This document shows positions 1 through 13,115 of a stretch of DNA of 64,000 nucleotides, one piece after another. The notes beneath the pieces were generated by a model that saw only the letters and a program-made list of their open reading frames with translations, was not told the origin of the DNA and did no database searches. The stretch's first letter is position 1, and the number at the start of each line of letters is the position of its first letter. This DNA comes from Octopus vulgaris. Taxonomy: Eukaryota. A program made the translations under genes and the position numbers. Location: the NCBI GenBank assembly GCA_951406725.2, contig OX597814.1, positions 66,836,001 through 66,900,000 of the forward strand, written 5' to 3'.

Positions 1-28
1 CGCTGCTGAATTTCTTCCCATTTATAGT

Positions 29-50
29 TTGTGTGTGTGCGTGCATGCGC

Positions 51-93
<43 letters not shown>

Positions 94-114
94 TCTGTGT
101 GTGAGTGTGTGTCT

Positions 115-150
<36 letters not shown>

Positions 151-319
151 GATGCGCTTTCAGTTTCCACGAATCAAACCCATTCAAGGCTTTAGACGGC
201 CCTAGGCTATAGTAGAAGACACTCGCAAAATATTGCGCAGTGAGACTAAACTCAATACCGCACGATTGAGAAGCAAGCTTCTCAACCGCACAAACATGCC
301 CATGTTACGCGTGTGTGTA

Positions 320-412
<93 letters not shown>
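29..412. repeat. (GT)n/(CA)n microsatellites, representative of many similar tracts across the window
   Basis: Direct reading. The HT/CV/YI-repeat ORFs are translations of such tracts. Confidence 0.95.
148..302 (-). mobile_element. Decayed 5' half of tRNA-derived SINE family B
   Basis: tttcagtttcc...aaacccattcaaggcttt...ggctatagtagaagacact matches the copies at 30395-30545 and 33126-33290. Confidence 0.7.
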
Positions 413-415
<3 letters not shown>

Positions 416-1090
416 CTTATGTATAGCGTATATCTTTGCATGACTGTGTGAAGGTAAATAAAATGCGTTTGTGCATATATACGTGCACATAAAAAGAAAT
501 AACTAATTGTTTTCAGTTATTCACAGTAGGGTTTAAATAGATGATTTAGGAAAAACCAACACACTTAAATATATGTGCGCAGGTGCATCAGGGCGCAGGC
601 ATGTTTGCTATGCAAAAGGAAAGATAATAATTTGTAAGATTTGTGAAACTTGCAATAATGACTCTTAAACAGCGAAGTGATACCAAAATTTATACTGATT
701 TTTCATTTCGTTTAAGTTCGATTATTTTCAGCGGTAATTGTTGTTTCGTTAATTAAACAATTTTGATTGTTTTAACATCCCTTCTGAATCGTTAATTAAA
801 CAATGTTGATTGTCTTGTTGAGTAGCAAATTAAATAAATTCTCATTGTCTTCAATAGCTCTGTTTATTAAAAGTAATTTCACTGAAAGCTAAGTTGAAAA
901 CAGTTAGAAATAAAAAACACGGTATGAAAGGATTTAGGACATGTGGAATTTTGTAAAAATAAGTTCACGTTCCAGTCTGCCCAATGTAACAGTTTGAGAC
1001 ATGTTGTTTACAACTTTCATGCTTACATTGAAATTTGAATATTGTATTATTCCAACGTCCTTTTCGTTAATTTATGGTTTCAGGTTAAGA

Positions 1091-1129
<39 letters not shown>

Positions 1130-1718
1130 ATGTTGTAATGTATTTTCTGAGCTTGTAGTTAGGTTCGGTGCCGATCGTGTTTGGTCTCATTAGTTATTCA
1201 ATGATATATTCATTTTATAACCAAGGTGTACATTTTCCTGAACGCATACGATGCAGTTAGTGTATTTCTATTGAGTACTGCATCGCTCCTGATCTTGTGT
1301 TGTGGAATACCTATATTTTAGTCTATTAGCAATGCTAAAGTACATAATACATGATTTAATTGTTACATATATAATGCAGATATATATTACATATATAATA
1401 CATACATAATGCAATAACATTCTTTAGAGTGCGATAGTCTATAAAACAGAAATGAAATTTATAAATTTATTCTTTCTGTGCGACCATGTAATAAATGCAG
1501 TTGGTTTGGGAACCCTATATTAGAGTACTCATTGTTAATCATTGTTAACTAATGTCTGTTTAGCGATTATCTAAGGCTTCATTAGAAGGTGAATATGTGT
1601 GTGTAGAGGGGGCGGTTATAGTCCTGGTTACAGCTATGCCGTTACTCAGAAATTCGTGCTCTTCGAAAATTCTTCTGTCGGTACTGATCTATTGAACCCA
1701 GTCAGCCACAGTCGTTCT

Positions 1719-1757
1719 CTCAACTGACGACTGAATCACAAACTTTAAGTTATTGAG
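1719..1757 (+). ncRNA. Degenerate minimal type I hammerhead-like motif
   Basis: ctcaa-CTGACGA-ctgaatca-CAAA-ctttaagtta-ttgag. Stem I is 5 bp and stem III is near-palindromic, but G12 is lost and stem II is poor. Confidence 0.3.
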
Positions 1758-2384
1758 TTCTTCTCTACTTCCGTGTTTTAACATTATATAATTTCACAAA
1801 CACATAACGTACTATACATGTGTATATGTGCATGTATATATGTATGTATATGTGTGGGGTGGGATGTACATAAACACAAATATATACACACATGCAAACC
1901 ACATACTCACATGTGTGTGTATGAGTGTATGTGTGCGCGTTTAGATTTATCAATAAAGCCATAAAATTGGTTTTTGTATAAACCAATATATTTGCCCCAT
2001 TTCCTACAATTAATTATGTAGGAAAATCATTCTAGATGGAGCATTGTTTCACACTGCTAAAGACCGCACACATAACTCGCACACATAATATTTCCAGGTT
2101 CTAGTAGGAAAAAAGGGAGGGACTTAGCCCGAATGCTGGTGACAGAGCGAACTCCGCTAAAAGTGCCCCAAGTAGTTAATCCGGGTGTCATATAAAGTCT
2201 ACCGACTGAGATCATTGAGTGTAATGGTGCCACACAGTGGAATTGAAAACGGGACCTCAAAATTGTGTGGAAAATTTCTTGATCATTGTCTCTATCAAAT
2301 CCATTACAAACGTCATATGAAATGACGAACAGATAACAATAAAGGCAGAATATATAACATAATCCCTGCCGATAACAATCTTAA

Positions 2385-2592
2385 TAGCAGCAGCAGCAGT
2401 AGCAGTACCAGCAGTAGTAGTACCAGCAGAAGTCGTAGCAGCAGCAGTAGTCGTAGCAGCAGCAGCAGTAGTCGTAGCAGCTGCAGCAGCAGCAGCAGCA
2501 GCAGTAGCAGTAGTAGTAGTAGCAGTAGTAGTAGTAGTAGTAGTAGGAGGAGGAGGAGGATGAGGAGGAGTAGTAGGAGGAGGAGGAGGAGG
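2385..2592. repeat. Compound (CAG)/(TAG)/(GAG) trinucleotide tract
   Basis: Direct reading; tag triplets interrupt any + strand frame. Confidence 0.9.
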
Positions 2593-4091
2593 AATAACCG
2601 CTTTGTCGGATAAAACCAGTGGTAGTGACGTCGATTAATTTGTCCTTGATCTGTCTGATCAAGGATCACAAGAGTTGCAACCGTCACAATCGATTCTTTC
2701 TTCTATGAAATAGTACATGCAGGAATACACTGTCCAATATGCTACTTTATAGATTGCAGAGTACCATTTCAGAGAGATATTTCTACCATTTATAACACTT
2801 GCCGGAGATGATTTATATAGTGTTGGTAATTATATTTTTCTCGGTTGTGGGGCTGGTAGTGGAGGCAACGATAACGGGCAGGTTGATACTGATGATGTTG
2901 GTGGTAGTAATTGGGCTGTTGTAAGTAATGGGAGTACTGTTATTGCTACTGCTGCTGCTGTTGCTGCTGCCACTACTGCTGTATATTTGTGGTGGTATTG
3001 GTTATGACATTTCAAATACCACCTTACCGATTTAGAAAACGTGTGGAGGATTCGTGAGGGAGTGGGGATGGGGAGGGCAGCTGTACTGTAAAGATAAGAA
3101 AAATGAGGGGACGGGATCATAGCTGCTTCGTGAAAAAGTGAGCAGGCATAGGGAGTAGGAGAGAAAGGGAGACGACCTTTATCTAGCTAATGTCTTGGCT
3201 GTTAGTGCAAACAGACAGCTCTGATTTATATCGTGAATCTATACATATACACACATGCACACTCATTCATTCACTTATTTATTTACACATACACTTACAC
3301 ACAAACACATATTCATATATCCACCAGCTGTTGTCGGATTAGCCGAGTGATGTGTTCCCTGGGTGGTGGATTGGGAATTCCTTGGAAACAAGATTGTTTC
3401 GAATAAGAAAACGTGAGCCATTTGTAGAATACAATAGAATACAATAGAATACTGCACACACTCCTCAAATCAATCTTAAACTAATCGAAATTTAACACTC
3501 GTTTCAGTCAGATTAGCGGGAACTTACGTCCAACAGCAAGCCTAAGAATTATGAGGCTACAGGACGCGAAAATCAAAACCTAAACTCCAAAGCACTTTCA
3601 TATGCATTTAGAATACGTATATTGTGTCAGAAGAATTCCATTTAACTAACTGATCAGATAGAAAATATAAATTAGCACATCTTAGGGATCAGTGAATTTT
3701 GAAGACCTGATGAAGTGTTAATAGAAAGAAAAAAGTACCTTTTCTACCATGTAGGCAAAGAAGGATTTAAGGTGGATTAAATTAAGAACAACATCTAGAA
3801 CTTTAAACATTTCTGATCGTGTAGCCAACTTTGTTTGGAAGATAGCAATGAAGTGCTATCTCAAAATAATCCAAATAAATCTAATAACATATGCAAATGC
3901 TCTAAAAGAGTAGGAAATATTTTACGAGGTCAACGAAGCAATTGATTGTCACAAATGAGAGACTTAAACGCCAATATAGGATAAGGAAACGAGCACTGTT
4001 CAGGAAAATACAAGACACGGGAAATTACAGAGGATAAGACCAAATAAACTGTCATAATATACAATATTGCATTTTTTGCTTAGTACTGTCC

Positions 4092-4151
<60 letters not shown>

Positions 4152-4159
4152 TGAGTTGT

Positions 4160-4890
4160 TTTAACTTGCGTTGTCTGTTATGTCCCGAAACTACCTCGGT
4201 AGATGCTCTTCCATGGACATGGTTTCGGGGCATTAATTGCAGTAGGCTAACATTACAATTTTTCCTTCCAACATCGACGGCAATCATAAATTACTGCTTG
4301 TCTGCATCGAGCGTTATTTTCATCCAAGAATTATGACAAATAATCGTTTCCCGTTAAGTAAAAATCACAAAGCAGGGTGTAGATGATATATCAAACTCTT
4401 TTCATCCTGGTTTCTGGAAGGATTTGTAACTGCCGTCCTATTACATTTAACGTGTTGAACTCGAGCAACGTACCTTTCTGGATGTCGATAATGCGGGTTA
4501 TCACACCGAATGAAAGGAGATGTCTAGAGTTTACTTTTAGTAGTGAACACTTCATCAAGTCTACTATCGCTTGGTTAGAAAATCCTCGGAGTAAAAATAA
4601 ATATCGCAGTGTCATGTTCATGATGTCTTTGATGAAGACAATGCGAAGGAGGGCTATAAATTATCATATCATTCACAGCTAAAACTTTATTCTTGATCGC
4701 TTACTCTTGGGACTACACCAAGCTATCCGACAACACTGTGTGATTGTAGAAAACACTGTAAACATCTTTCTTTTTAAAGCATTTATGTTCAATATGGCTT
4801 CCTTTGTTAAGATCAGTTTTCTAGTCACCCGAACAAAATACTCCTCCAGACTCATTGCAATAGGAAGGCAAAGAAAATTACCTACAATCA
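4160..4890 (-). pseudogene. Possible decayed ORF1 (gag-like) of an L1/Tx1-type LINE
   Basis: Consecutive broken minus-strand ORFs in non-repetitive sequence with only loose ORF1 resemblance and no diagnostic motif. Confidence 0.25.
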
Positions 4891-5037
4891 TGGCACATGC
4901 GTATGTGAGTGTGACTGTGTGTAAATAGTGCTCGATATCTGTACGTGGAATCCTTTTATTTTAGGTATGTAAATTAGTCAATTACAAAATGAAACTGAAA
5001 GTAAATGTTAATTGCCAATAAAATTAGCAATATAATC

Positions 5038-5434
5038 CCTTCTACTATAGGTACAAGGCCTGAAATTTAGGGAATGGGGATAATCGATTACATCGACCCC
5101 AGTGTTTTACAGGTACTTAATTTATCGACCCCGAAAGGATGAAAAGCAAAGTCAACCTCGGCGGAATTTGAACTCACAACGTTGCGATAGGCAAAATACC
5201 TATTTCTTTACTACCCACAAGGGGCTAAACACAGAGGGGACAAACAAGGACAGACAAACAGATTAAGTCGATTACATCGACCCCAGTGCGTAACTGGTAC
5301 CTATTTAATCGACCCCGAAAGGATGAAAGACAAAGTTGACCTCGGAGGAATTTGAACTCAGAACGTAGCGGCAGACGAAATACCGCTAAGCATTTCGCCC
5401 GGCGTGCTAACGATTCTCCCAGCTCGCCGCCTTA
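5038..5434 (-). mobile_element. tRNA-derived SINE family A with duplicated core module
   Basis: Minus head aaggcggcgagctgg...gagttcaaattcc (A/B boxes), then tttcatcctttcggggtcgat...gtaccag (Meta/MESC-like domain, by inference) present twice. Confidence 0.85.
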
Positions 5435-5721
5435 ACATTGGCAATATAATGTAACCCAAATGGCTGCACTTGGAAGGCCCGAACGTTCGTAAAACAAATG
5501 TGTGTGTGAGTGTGTGCATGTGCGTGCGTGCGAGCGTGCGTTTGTGTATGTATAGACAAACATGAAGGAACCAAAAAAACCACTGGTTCAAGGATCAGGT
5601 TATATTATACACACAAGTGACGTGAACTAGTGACTTTTGGAAATCTTTGACAAACGATGTTATTGGTCATAAATTTCGACATAAATTAAAACAAACAAAT
5701 AAATAATTAAACTAATATACC

Positions 5722-5930
5722 TCGGCACAAGGCCTTGAAAATGTTTGAGGAGAAGGCGGCTAATCAGTTACATCGACCCCAGTGCGTAATTGGTAATTAT
5801 TTCATCGACCCCGTAAGGATGAAAGGCGAAATCGATCTCGGCGGAATTTGAACTCAGAGCGTAGCAGCAGACGAAGTACTGCTAAGCATTTCGCCCAGCG
5901 TGCTAACGATTCTACCAGCTCACCACCCTA
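5722..5930 (-). mobile_element. SINE family A
   Basis: Same head and core as 5038-5434. Confidence 0.85.
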
Positions 5931-6102
5931 GTACTTAAATTAATATAACTTCTGAACAACATTAATCGAATATGTAGCTTCTATAAACAACGACTGTACA
6001 AGCTGTACAATTTAAATTGTTATCAATGCCGCTCATTATTATTAGATGTGAAGCCTTAAATTCTGGTCTCGTGCTCGTTGATTCAGTTCAGGTCTGTGAA
6101 AC

Positions 6103-6153
6103 ATGGTCGAGCCAACGAATGGTCGAGCCAACGAATGGTCGAGCCAACGAATG
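6103..6153. repeat. 16-bp tandem repeat x3 (atggtcgagccaacga)
   Basis: Three exact copies with no spacers. Confidence 0.95.
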
Positions 6154-6524
6154 AGGTCGGTCGAACTGGTAGAAATACCAGCCATACCTTTCTCAAAACT
6201 CTTTTTATTAAAAATATTCATTGGTTAATTTTATGAATGTCTTACAACCGAATACAGGATGGTCACAACTTGGTTCTCAGATCTGTTAAATCATGACTGC
6301 CTGCGATTTAAACAACCTGCAATGGTGGGTATCTATATTCTTTCTTGCTCACACCTCGTTATAGTTTGATTTTTTTTCCACTGACTTTTTTTCTATTTCT
6401 AAAGTTCTCAGCCATCATCATCATCATCATCTTGAGATGAGAATGCAGCGTCTGTGATAATTGATTTGAAAAGTTGTAAGCTTGTTTTCGTCAGCATAAA
6501 ACAATGGTGAAGCCTTTATTTAGT

Positions 6525-6725
6525 TGGTCGACAAGCTAGAAACAGCAGCTATATTTTTCTCCTGCAAACACCTTACCACATCTTACATTTAACAAAGGAA
6601 TTACACATCGAATAATGTAGTCCTCGGTGTAGAAAATGTCTGACCGATAGAGACTAAAATATGTTTGGTCATGAGTCCTACTTGATTAAGCCTTATCTGG
6701 GGCTAAATAACAATAACAACAACAA
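6525..6725 (+). mobile_element. Old dispersed SINE-like repeat with (CAA)n tail
   Basis: Loosely similar segments at about 6165-6320, 27610-27792 and (minus) 2640-2740 and 23050-23170; ends ggggctaaa+(caa)n. Confidence 0.45.
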
Positions 6726-7073
6726 GATGTAGATTGCTACAGTAACAAGTACCGAAAACGTTGACGCTTGGTATCACCCTACACATGAAAGAGATGGTAA
6801 ATTCCCTTTACTAAAAAGTGCTAAAATATAATTCACTAGTACCAGTACCCCTGGGAGAGGGAAAGCAAGTTAAAGGTGATTAAGTCACTTACAATCCGTT
6901 AATGTGTGACGCCCTTCTTCATACAGAAGTGGTGGTTAACTCGCTTCTTCCATATGAAACTGGGTTATCTCGCATTTTCACTGATAAAATTAAAACTATG
7001 TCAGCAAAGAACTGGAGTGCAGAAGGCAAGCCCTACTTATATTCTTAATACCGATTAGCGATATATATATACC

Positions 7074-7132
<59 letters not shown>

Positions 7133-7379
7133 TTATGACGACGATGATGATGATAACGATGATGATGAAGAAGAAGAAGAAGAAGAAGAAGAAGAAGAAG
7201 AAGAAGGAGAAGGAGAAGATGGTGGCGATGATGATGACGCCGATGATGACGATAACGATGACGATGAAGAAGAAGAAGAAGAAAAAAACAGAGAAGGGAG
7301 AATATGAATGGGTGTAAATATAGCTATGAAGGGGCTGATTAGTTCCTGGTGTGTCTGGGTGGCATATATAAGATATTGC

Positions 7380-7437
<58 letters not shown>

Positions 7438-7481
7438 AACATATATATATCATATATATATATATATATATATATCTATAT

Positions 7482-7553
<72 letters not shown>

Positions 7554-8035
7554 GCGAATGTGTGTCTGTGCGTTTGCATATGGGCGCGCACACTCACATA
7601 CACACTTATCGAGGTGTATATAGATAAGCGTATTTGAATGTGAGCGCATACACAGTTACATATGCACGCATACTCTCAAAATACATACACGGTGTGTGTG
7701 TGTGTGTGTGTGTATCATGCAAGAATTATAAAGCATATATCTAGCATTAAGGGAAATATTACCTGATATGCAACTCAGTATTTGGGATAGAATTGTAAGA
7801 TATACTTGTTAAATGAAAATAAATGACAATGCAAAGGACAGTCGCCACCAGCCGCCAAGCGAACTAGAGTAGAATAATTTTTATAAACACATGCACATTC
7901 ATACGTACACCAGTTTATATCATCAGCTCCATACATAGGTTTCCCCACTGTGGTTGTTGGGAACCATATTGCTCAGTATATCATAACCGGTAATGCCACC
8001 AAATATATTAGTAATCTAAGTACTCTACTAGTCGA

Positions 8036-8145
8036 TAAATTAAGTACCAGTTACGCACTGAAGTCGATGTAATCGACTTAATCCATTTGTCTGTCCTTGT
8101 TTGTTTTCTCTGTGTTTAGCCCCTTGTGGGTAGTAAAGAAATAGA
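8036..8145 (+). mobile_element. 3' fragment of SINE family A
   Basis: taagtaccagttacgcactg...gtcgacttaatcc-like...agccccttgtgggtagtaaagaaatag, reverse complement of the 5200-5300 module. Confidence 0.8.
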
Positions 8146-8291
8146 TAATCTATGCGGATTAACTCAACAATAGCAGTCGTACATCTATTTCCATACTCTC
8201 TCTCACAGTATACTCTCTCTCTTTTTCTTTCTCTCTCCCTCTCTCGCACGCACACACACACACACACACATATATATGTGTGTGTGTATAT

Positions 8292-8404
<113 letters not shown>

Positions 8405-8432
8405 CATACATACATATATATATATATACACA

Positions 8433-8468
<36 letters not shown>

Positions 8469-8479
8469 TATATAACGAA

Positions 8480-10612
8480 ATGAAGGAAGACATTACAGAA
8501 TTTTGTAGAAAATTGCGACTTAGTGAGGAACTATTCGACCAGCACAATGAGGATGAGTCACTAGCTAGAAATAAAAGCAACTACACCCCACCAAAAGGTA
8601 GAAATAAAATCCTAGACGAATTCTGTGAGCACATTACAAACTTCCCCTACCAACACTTACACAAACCAAAACCCAAACCAAACCTCAACAAGAAAGAGTG
8701 GGAAGAATTAAACAAATTAAAAAATGAAAGATCTATCACCATTAAAGAGGCCGATAAAGGAAGTGCAGTAGTCTTAATGGAGACAGAATACTATATCAAC
8801 TTAGCACTCTCCACCTTGGAAAATGGAACATATTACGAAAAGGCTGAACACTACAATCAACAGAAAATTATGAGAAACTTAAAAACCCTGATCAACCCCC
8901 ACAAAGAAGAACTCACTAACAAAGAATTCAACTTCATCACAAATTTCACTAGTAAAACCAGCCTCTTCTACGGTATTCCCAAAATTCATAAAAGCGAATT
9001 AATAAGTAAGGCATGCAAGGAAGCCACAAACTCTGTAATCAATGTCCCCTCACCAAATGACCTCAAATTGAGACCTATAATAGCAGGTCCCGCGTGCGAA
9101 ACCCACCGCCTTAGCAACTTCATTGATACCCTTCTCAAGCCGTTCCTCAAACACATTAAAAGCTACATAAGGGACGATCTAGATATGCTTAACCACCTCC
9201 CCAATACACTTCTTGCTGAACAAACCCTGCTAGTAACATTCGATGTAGTTAATCTTTACTCCAACATCCCCCACAACCTAGGAATAGAAGCTATCCAATT
9301 CTGGCTGGATAATTACTCCAACGAACTCCCACACCGCATCAAAAAGGAATTTATTTTAGAAGGACTCAAATTCATCTTAGAGAATAATTTCTTCACCTTC
9401 AACAACAAATTCTACAGACAGAAAATCAGGGACGGCAATGGGAACGAAGACAGCTCCCACTTACGCCAACCTAGTCATGGGATACCTGGAAATCACCCTC
9501 TATAATAACGTTCTTAACCACTCTCCACACACACATAGAGAAGAACTGGAAGAGATATCTTGATGACTGCTTCATCCTTTGGCCCGAAACCGTCGAGAAG
9601 CTTAAAGAATTTCACACCCTTATAAATGGGCTCAACACAAACATTATTTTCACAATGGAATACAGCCCTCAACAAATTCCCTTCCTCGACATCCTCATTA
9701 AAATTCACAACAAAAAAATAGAAACAGACATATACTACAAGCCCACAGACTCCAAGCAATACCTCCCTTTCAATTCATGCCACTCTAGACACGTTAAAAT
9801 TAACATTCCCTACAACTTAGCCAAGAGAATTTGCACTATAGTCTCCAATAAAAACACCCGTCTCTTACGTCTACAAGAACTCAAGGGCACATTAACAAGC
9901 AGGGATTACCCCACGTCACTAATTGACAATGGGATCCAACGCGCCCTAAAACTCAGCACACAGGAACTTAGACGCCCTAAACCTGTTACATCGAAACCCC
10001 ATACTCTACCATACATCTCTACACACAGCCCCCTCAACAATGAAGCTTTTGACACCATCCTCCAGAACATTCCTGTATTAAAAAAGGACCACAGAATGAA
10101 CCAAATCCTCCTAACACACGAAATCATAAAGAGCAAAAGGCAACCCAAATCATTGAAAACCATCCTAACAAATGCCAAAGTACTGCCAACCACAGCAACT
10201 AAACCCACAGTAAACAAATGCAATAGACCCAACTGTGGTATATGCATCAACCTAATAGAAGGTCCGGAATTCCTTTTTAAACAAGGACAACGTTTCACAG
10301 TAAAACACAACTTCACATGCGCATCAGAAAACCTAGTATATGTCTTAACTTGCTCGGGCTGTAATGAACACTACATAGGCCAAACTAAAAATAGCCTCCG
10401 CCAACGCATGACTGTCCACAGATCCCAAATAAAAATACAGGAATACAGAAAAATAGCACTTAGTGCACATATTGATACCTGTGCCGCACAACTCCATCCC
10501 AATTTTAGAATCTTTCCCCTCTACAAATTTAAAGACAATGCCACTCATACCCATGGAATCCCACCTTATTAATAAATACAGACCACTTCTAAACACATCC
10601 CCCTAACACGAA
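8480..10612 (+). pseudogene. PLE reverse transcriptase + GIY-YIG endonuclease, frameshifted
   Basis: [34 protein letters not shown] (after a frameshift near 9429), WKRYLDD, PFLD, YYKPT, CNRPNCGIC linker, LVYVLTCSGCNEHYIGQT. Confidence 0.93.
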
Positions 10613-11484
10613 CCCACAACAAACACACTTACACCTGCACACACCCTACACACACCTTTACCCAGATATTAACACCATGACACACGCAAATATATGGTTC
10701 CACACATACACATAATTGAATACGGGTGCAAAATATCCAACACTATTTTTTGGAAATGTCTGTAAATATTGACTTCACACAAACACGTTGCTTCCCGATA
10801 CAGGCACAAGGCCAGCAGAACTATAAATATTGAAAATTGTACCCACACACGCACACATATATACACGCGCGCGCGCCCCAACATATATATAAACACACAC
10901 ACACTCACACACACACACACACACATACACACACATACACACACACACGCGCGCGCGCGCACACACATACATACATACAGCTCTTCCTGTCCTAAACGAA
11001 CTTACTTATCCAGCTCAAATTCAGTCAAGCGGAAAATACACTCCCTAACTACGCACTGAAAAGCTATTTAAAATATCCACATGACGTCTACTGACCAGCC
11101 TGAACAATAAGAATTTTCAACAACGCTATTTTCGAAAATTCTAAACATTCACGTGACCTCTTTATTATGACCACATCCACGTGACCTCTTTATTATGACC
11201 AATAAGAAATTTTAGGCGCGACACTAGCCAAATTTTAACTTCTCTGGAGCCTTTTTTCTTACCCCAACACCAACTTCCATTCAAACATTCACGTGACCCC
11301 TTCATAATGACCAATCAAAATTGTATTGACCATTGTCCACAAGAAATTTTAGGCGCGAAACCAAGCAAATCCAAAACAACTCTGGAGCCTCTTTTTTCAC
11401 ATATAAGAGACAGCAAACCCAACATAAAGTCAGATAAGAGGAAAAAATCTATCAGAGAAGGAACTCTAATCTCTCTTTAAAAAA

Positions 11485-11526
11485 TATATTTTGATAAGCA
11501 TAACAAATGCGCAACCGGTAAAAAGA
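11485..11526 (+). ncRNA. Minimal type I hammerhead variant (U3-A8) in PLE1 3' end; mirror copy on minus at about 11744-11785
   Basis: TTGATAA-gcat-aacaa-atgc-GCAA-ccgg-TA. Stem II is 4 bp and stem III is the palindrome ACCGGT. A13C and a weak stem I suggest damage. Confidence 0.55.
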
Positions 11527-11823
11527 ACTTTCACCTAATTAAATTACATAAATTACTTAAATTATTTTGTCAGCATTTTCTTCATTTCCTTTTTATATAT
11601 CACAACTCGTGTTCCACATCTCCTTTTTTATATATATATATAAAAGGAGATGTGGAACACGAGTTGTGATATATAAAAAGGAAATGAAGAAAATGCTGAC
11701 AAAATAATTTAAGTAATTTAAGTAATTTAATTAGGTGAAAGTTCTTTTTACCGGTTGCGCATTTGTTATGCTTATCAAAATATATTTTTTAAAGAGAGAT
11801 TAGAGTTCCTTCTCTGATAGATT

Positions 11824-11875
<52 letters not shown>

Positions 11876-11879
<4 letters not shown>

Positions 11880-13065
11880 GCTGAGTAAAAAGTAAGTGAC
11901 GTTTAGAAACATGAAATTCATCACAATATATTTCAACAATGCGGAATTTTACTCATCAAAGTAAGTACCATTACAATCAACACGTTTTTGCCAACGAGTT
12001 ACAAGTTTGTTTATTCCGGTAACATAAAAATCTGGAAGTCTGGAGCTGATGAACTCTTTGAACGTACTTTCAGCATCGGTTTGATTTTTGAACTCCTTCT
12101 CTTGGAGGAAACCACCGGGGTGCTTGAAAAAGTGACAGTCGTTAGGAGAAAGGTCTGGAGAATAAGCTGGGTGGGGAAGAACTTCGTAGCTAAGTTCCCT
12201 CAACTTCTGGAGCCTCATTAGTGAAACGTGTCATCGAGCATTGTCATGAAGAATGATTGGCCCTCTTCTGTTGACCAGTCTGGGACGGAGGAGCAGAAGT
12301 TTTTTGTTCATTTTGGCAATTTTATAGTAATATGTTTCTGCAGTAATGGCATCACCAAACAGTCACCCATAACCTTCTTTTTAAAAAGCTCAGGTTTAGG
12401 GAAGGTTTTCGGTGCTTCATTTTGGTCCAACTACATTTGTACAGAATCCAGTTTTCATTGCAAGCTTCAATACGGTCGAGAAATGGATCGGTTACAGAGA
12501 AGTGATGAGCAAATTTCGTATCTGCACATTTTCTGATTTTCATTCAAATCGAGCCGTTTTGATTTTCCGATTACATGCAAATGGTTGCTGGCAATTTTCT
12601 GTCTAACTTGAAGTTCTTTCGTCGGTTCTCGAGTGGTTCTACATGGATCTTTCTCAATGACGGTCTTTAATTAACCGTCATCGATGGCATATGGGCGTCC
12701 ACTACGCGCACAATCTTCAAGGCTCAGGTCTCCACTGCAAAATCGTTTAAACTATGTTCAAGATGACCACTCACTGGTCATTTCCTCACCAAACGTTTCA
12801 TTGATATCGCGAACAGTTTCAGTCGCTTTACGTCCTTTTCTGAAGTTGAATAGCAAAATTGCTCGAATATCGAGGTTTTGACAGTTTCATTTCAGATTGT
12901 TGTAACAACAGTGAAAAAAAATCAATGTTAATTTATTGATGCATTTGGGCAAGTCTATGTCTGTATTATCAGACGATTGCAAAAAATGTTTAAAAGAATT
13001 CAAAACTGCAAAAATCCGGTACAAATTCATGGTTCAAAACGTTGCTTACTTTTTACTTAACCTGA
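11876..13065 (-). mobile_element. Full-length defective mariner (DD34D-type) transposon
   Basis: TIRs tcaggctgagtaaaaagtaag / cttactttttacttaacctga with TA flanks; HPAYSPDLSPNDCHFF in ORF 11949-12218. Confidence 0.92.
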
Positions 13066-13075
13066 TATATATCTA

Positions 13076-13114
<39 letters not shown>

Positions 13115-13115
13115 A

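Larger units (their letters stand above)
8475..11823 (+). mobile_element. Penelope-like retroelement 1 (Neptune-like), 5'-truncated, between (TA)n tracts, with inverted 3' duplication
   Basis: RT and GIY-YIG ORF fragments, a 3' UTR with subrepeats (11100-11395), an HHR-like motif, a terminal palindrome and (TA)n on both sides. Confidence 0.92.

Noticed and set aside
1155-1200. Minus ctaatga-gacc...cgaa hammerhead-like words
   Set aside because: G5 is lost and stems II and III do not pair.
6103-6153. CRISPR-like short direct repeats
   Set aside because: Contiguous tandem with no spacers, in eukaryotic context with no cas genes.
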